Of a stretch of 64,000 bases of DNA, positions 62,082 to 64,000 are shown piece by piece. This DNA is from Pseudomonadales bacterium. Lineage in GTDB: Bacteria; Pseudomonadota; Gammaproteobacteria; Pseudomonadales; Oceanobacteraceae. The notes beneath the pieces are model-generated. The model was not told the origin of the DNA. It did no database searches and was given only the letters and a program-made list of their open reading frames with translations. The DNA lies in the NCBI GenBank assembly GCA_965197005.1, contig OZ239982.1, forward strand, positions 1,456,322 to 1,520,321. The letters run 5' to 3'. Both the position numbers and the translations under genes were made by a program. Position 1 is the first letter of the stretch. Every line of letters starts with the position of its first letter.

Positions 62082-62109
62082 TTGACAGTCCGACCAGTCG
62101 GTTTATTAT
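62082..62109 (+). promoter_or_regulatory. Promoter of the RND/MMPL gene with an embedded GntR/FadR-like palindrome
   Basis: TTGACA (62082..62087), 16 nt, TATTAT (62104..62109). The spacer contains ACAGTCCGACCAG and CCGAC-CA-GTCGG. Confidence 0.45.
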
Positions 62110-62143
62110 ATGACAATAATTTCTATTTTATAAGGTGGCTTTA

Positions 62144-64000
62144 ATGAATAATCTATATGCGCGTATTAATGCTCAATTTGCCCAACTGCCTGCGTTATTT
62201 AACGCTCAACGTTATTGGGTGCTGCTTATATTTGTGGCAATAACTGTTTTTACTGGCTATGGACTGGTGACTCAATTTAAAATGGATAAAAGTATGGAGG
62301 CTTGGTTTAATGAGGGCGATACCACCTTAGTGCAATTGAATGCTTTTCGTGCACAATTTGGTAGTGATGATGGTTTGTATGTGGTGTACGCACCTGCCGA
62401 TGGCGATGTGTTTTCACAAACATCTTTAGCCTTAATCGCTCAGCTACACCAAGAAATAAACGATGCACGCTTTGCCCAAGATAGCAAAACGCAACAGCCA
62501 AGCTCTGCATTAAGCCGTATTGAGCGAATGACCAGTTTGTATAATGCGCCCTTTCAAGCGGTTGATGGCGATACCCTACAGGCACAAGAATTACTGCGTG
62601 ATTTGCCCTATCAAAGCCCCTCACAACGTGAGCGGCTACGCACACTTGCAAGCCAGCAAAGCAGTTGGCAACGTGCTTTGTTTTCGCCTGATTTTCGCTT
62701 TGCTGGCATTCGCATTAAAACCGATTTTGGAGCGGTGGTTAAAACCCCTGAAAATGACGCGCAAAGCTCCTCTGATAACTCTGATTTGCTGCAAGATGAG
62801 ACCGACTTACTAGATGCGGAACTTGCCACAAATGCGTCCAATACCCGTTCTACAAGCATTGAGTTTGAAGAGATGCAAATGGAAGATTATCTAAGTTTTA
62901 TGGCAGATTTAAAGCAAATTTTAGATAAACCTGAATATCAGCATTTTCAATTTTATTACAGCGGCACCGCCTCAATGTATGAATTTTCTATGCAGATTAT
63001 GCAGCAGGCTTCTATGCTGCTGCTAGTAATGCTTACGGTTATGCTGGGGCTACTGTGGTTTTTCTTCCGCTCTGTTAGTGCTGTTATCTGGCCCGTTTTA
63101 CTGATTGCTGCTAGTGCTATTTGGACATTAGGCAGCTTTGCTTGGCTGGGTATTGTCATGTCAGAAATGGTCAATTTAACCTTTATGTTGGTTTTGGCCG
63201 TGGGCATTGCCGATTGCGTGCATGTGCTGAGTGCCTATAGTGGACAGCGTCACGCAGGGCATGAACATCATCAAAGTATGGCAGCGGCCTATGCCAAAAC
63301 AGGCTTGCCTATTTTGCTAACCAGCATTACCACCATTGTAGGCATGTTGTGTTTATTAGTGAGTGATATTCCACAAATTATGACCTTTGGGGTAAGCAGT
63401 GCCATTGGGGTGTTGATGGCGTTTTTATTAACTGTTTTTGTATTGCCTTCCATGTTGGCTATTTGGCACCCTAATATAACCGCTAAAGCCAATGCTTCAG
63501 AGTCAAATCTAAGCACTCATCGCTACTTAGCTGCTTTGCCTGTTTGGGTTTCTCGTTGGCGTTATTTAGTTCTTTCGCTGTTTGTGGTTATCTTTGTTGT
63601 GCTTATTTATGGTATGACTCAAGTTAAAATTGATACCAATATTGTTGAATTAACCAAAGAAGGCAGCCCCATGCGCCAAGCCACTGAAATCATAGATAAA
63701 CACATGATGGGCGCACAAAATATGGAATTAATGGTTAACTTTAAACGCCCTGACGCACTTAAAGATGCCCGTGTGTTGCAGGCTTTAGATGATTTTCAAA
63801 AGCAATTACAAAAGGACTTCCCCAAACAGGTTATTAAATCTTTTTCCATTGCTGAATATGTGAAAGAAACTTACCAACGCTTAAATGCCGATAATCCAGA
63901 TTATTTTAAAATACCCGATAATTCACGGCTAAGTGCCCAGCTTTTGTATTTGTTTGATAACGCCAATCCAGAAGACAGGCAAAATTTAGTGAACGATGAT
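62144..64000 (+). CDS. RND-superfamily (MMPL/HpnN-like) transporter, N-terminal 619 codons; continues past the window end
   Basis: My own translation from the ATG at 62144 gives MNNLYARINAQFAQLPALFNAQRYWVLLIFVAITVFTGYG. This is followed by a large periplasmic loop, a TM bundle (LVLAVGIADCVHVLSAY...TSITTIVGMLCLL) and a second loop. The frame is open to 64000. Confidence 0.65.
   Translation, partial: MNNLYARINAQFAQLPALFNAQRYWVLLIFVAITVFTGYGLVTQFKMDKSMEAWFNEGDTTLVQLNAFRAQFGSDDGLYVVYAPADGDVFSQTSLALIAQLHQEINDARFAQDSKTQQPSSALSRIERMTSLYNAPFQAVDGDTLQAQELLRDLPYQSPSQRERLRTLASQQSSWQRALFSPDFRFAGIRIKTDFGAVVKTPENDAQSSSDNSDLLQDETDLLDAELATNASNTRSTSIEFEEMQMEDYLSFMADLKQILDKPEYQHFQFYYSGTASMYEFSMQIMQQASMLLLVMLTVMLGLLWFFFRSVSAVIWPVLLIAASAIWTLGSFAWLGIVMSEMVNLTFMLVLAVGIADCVHVLSAYSGQRHAGHEHHQSMAAAYAKTGLPILLTSITTIVGMLCLLVSDIPQIMTFGVSSAIGVLMAFLLTVFVLPSMLAIWHPNITAKANASESNLSTHRYLAALPVWVSRWRYLVLSLFVVIFVVLIYGMTQVKIDTNIVELTKEGSPMRQATEIIDKHMMGAQNMELMVNFKRPDALKDARVLQALDDFQKQLQKDFPKQVIKSFSIAEYVKETYQRLNADNPDYFKIPDNSRLSAQLLYLFDNANPEDRQNLVNDD

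Overview
This is an AT-rich chromosomal window (roughly 40% G+C by eye) from a Gram-negative, gammaproteobacterium-like genome. That placement rests on E. coli-like rRNA and gene products, recognised from memory with no search run. Most of the window is housekeeping. It holds an LPS core/lipid A cluster (waaA, hldE, hldD, lpxL), then tilS-dnaE-rapA, a DAHP synthase, tRNA-Asn and tRNA-Ser, a MATE pump, epmC, phoD, guaA, gloB, pssA, ilvC, galE, dcd, an acyl-CoA synthetase and a partial RND/MMPL transporter. Five things stand out. (1) A minus-strand 16S-23S-5S operon has no spacer tRNAs, and its 23S gene is about 4.0 kb instead of about 2.9 kb because of three insertions. These are a 599-nt non-coding block with three perfect 108-bp tandem repeats at the apex of helix 68, a 468-nt helix-45 IVS encoding a four-helix-bundle IVS protein, and an enlarged helix 25. 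(2) A family of heptanucleotide tandem repeats (CWGAGGA, equivalent to NNACTGA, plus CAGGGTT and CAGGGGK) forms the helix-45 IVS stem, fills the region just past the rrn terminator, and brackets a 4-gene peptide-type ABC transporter cassette. A shared 28-nt hairpin motif accompanies both bracketing arrays. (3) An HTH-ImmA/IrrE plus DUF4411 (PIN-like) pair has its DUF4411 gene cut by a single in-frame TAG, and a separate orphan Rx4H (HEPN-like) gene lies elsewhere. (4) Two tandem paralogous lipoprotein genes share an ~860-bp 5' block but carry different lectin-like C-termini. (5) A DEAD-box helicase gene is broken inside its Walker A motif by a 10-bp tandem duplication. I saw no transposase, integrase, CRISPR array or reverse transcriptase.
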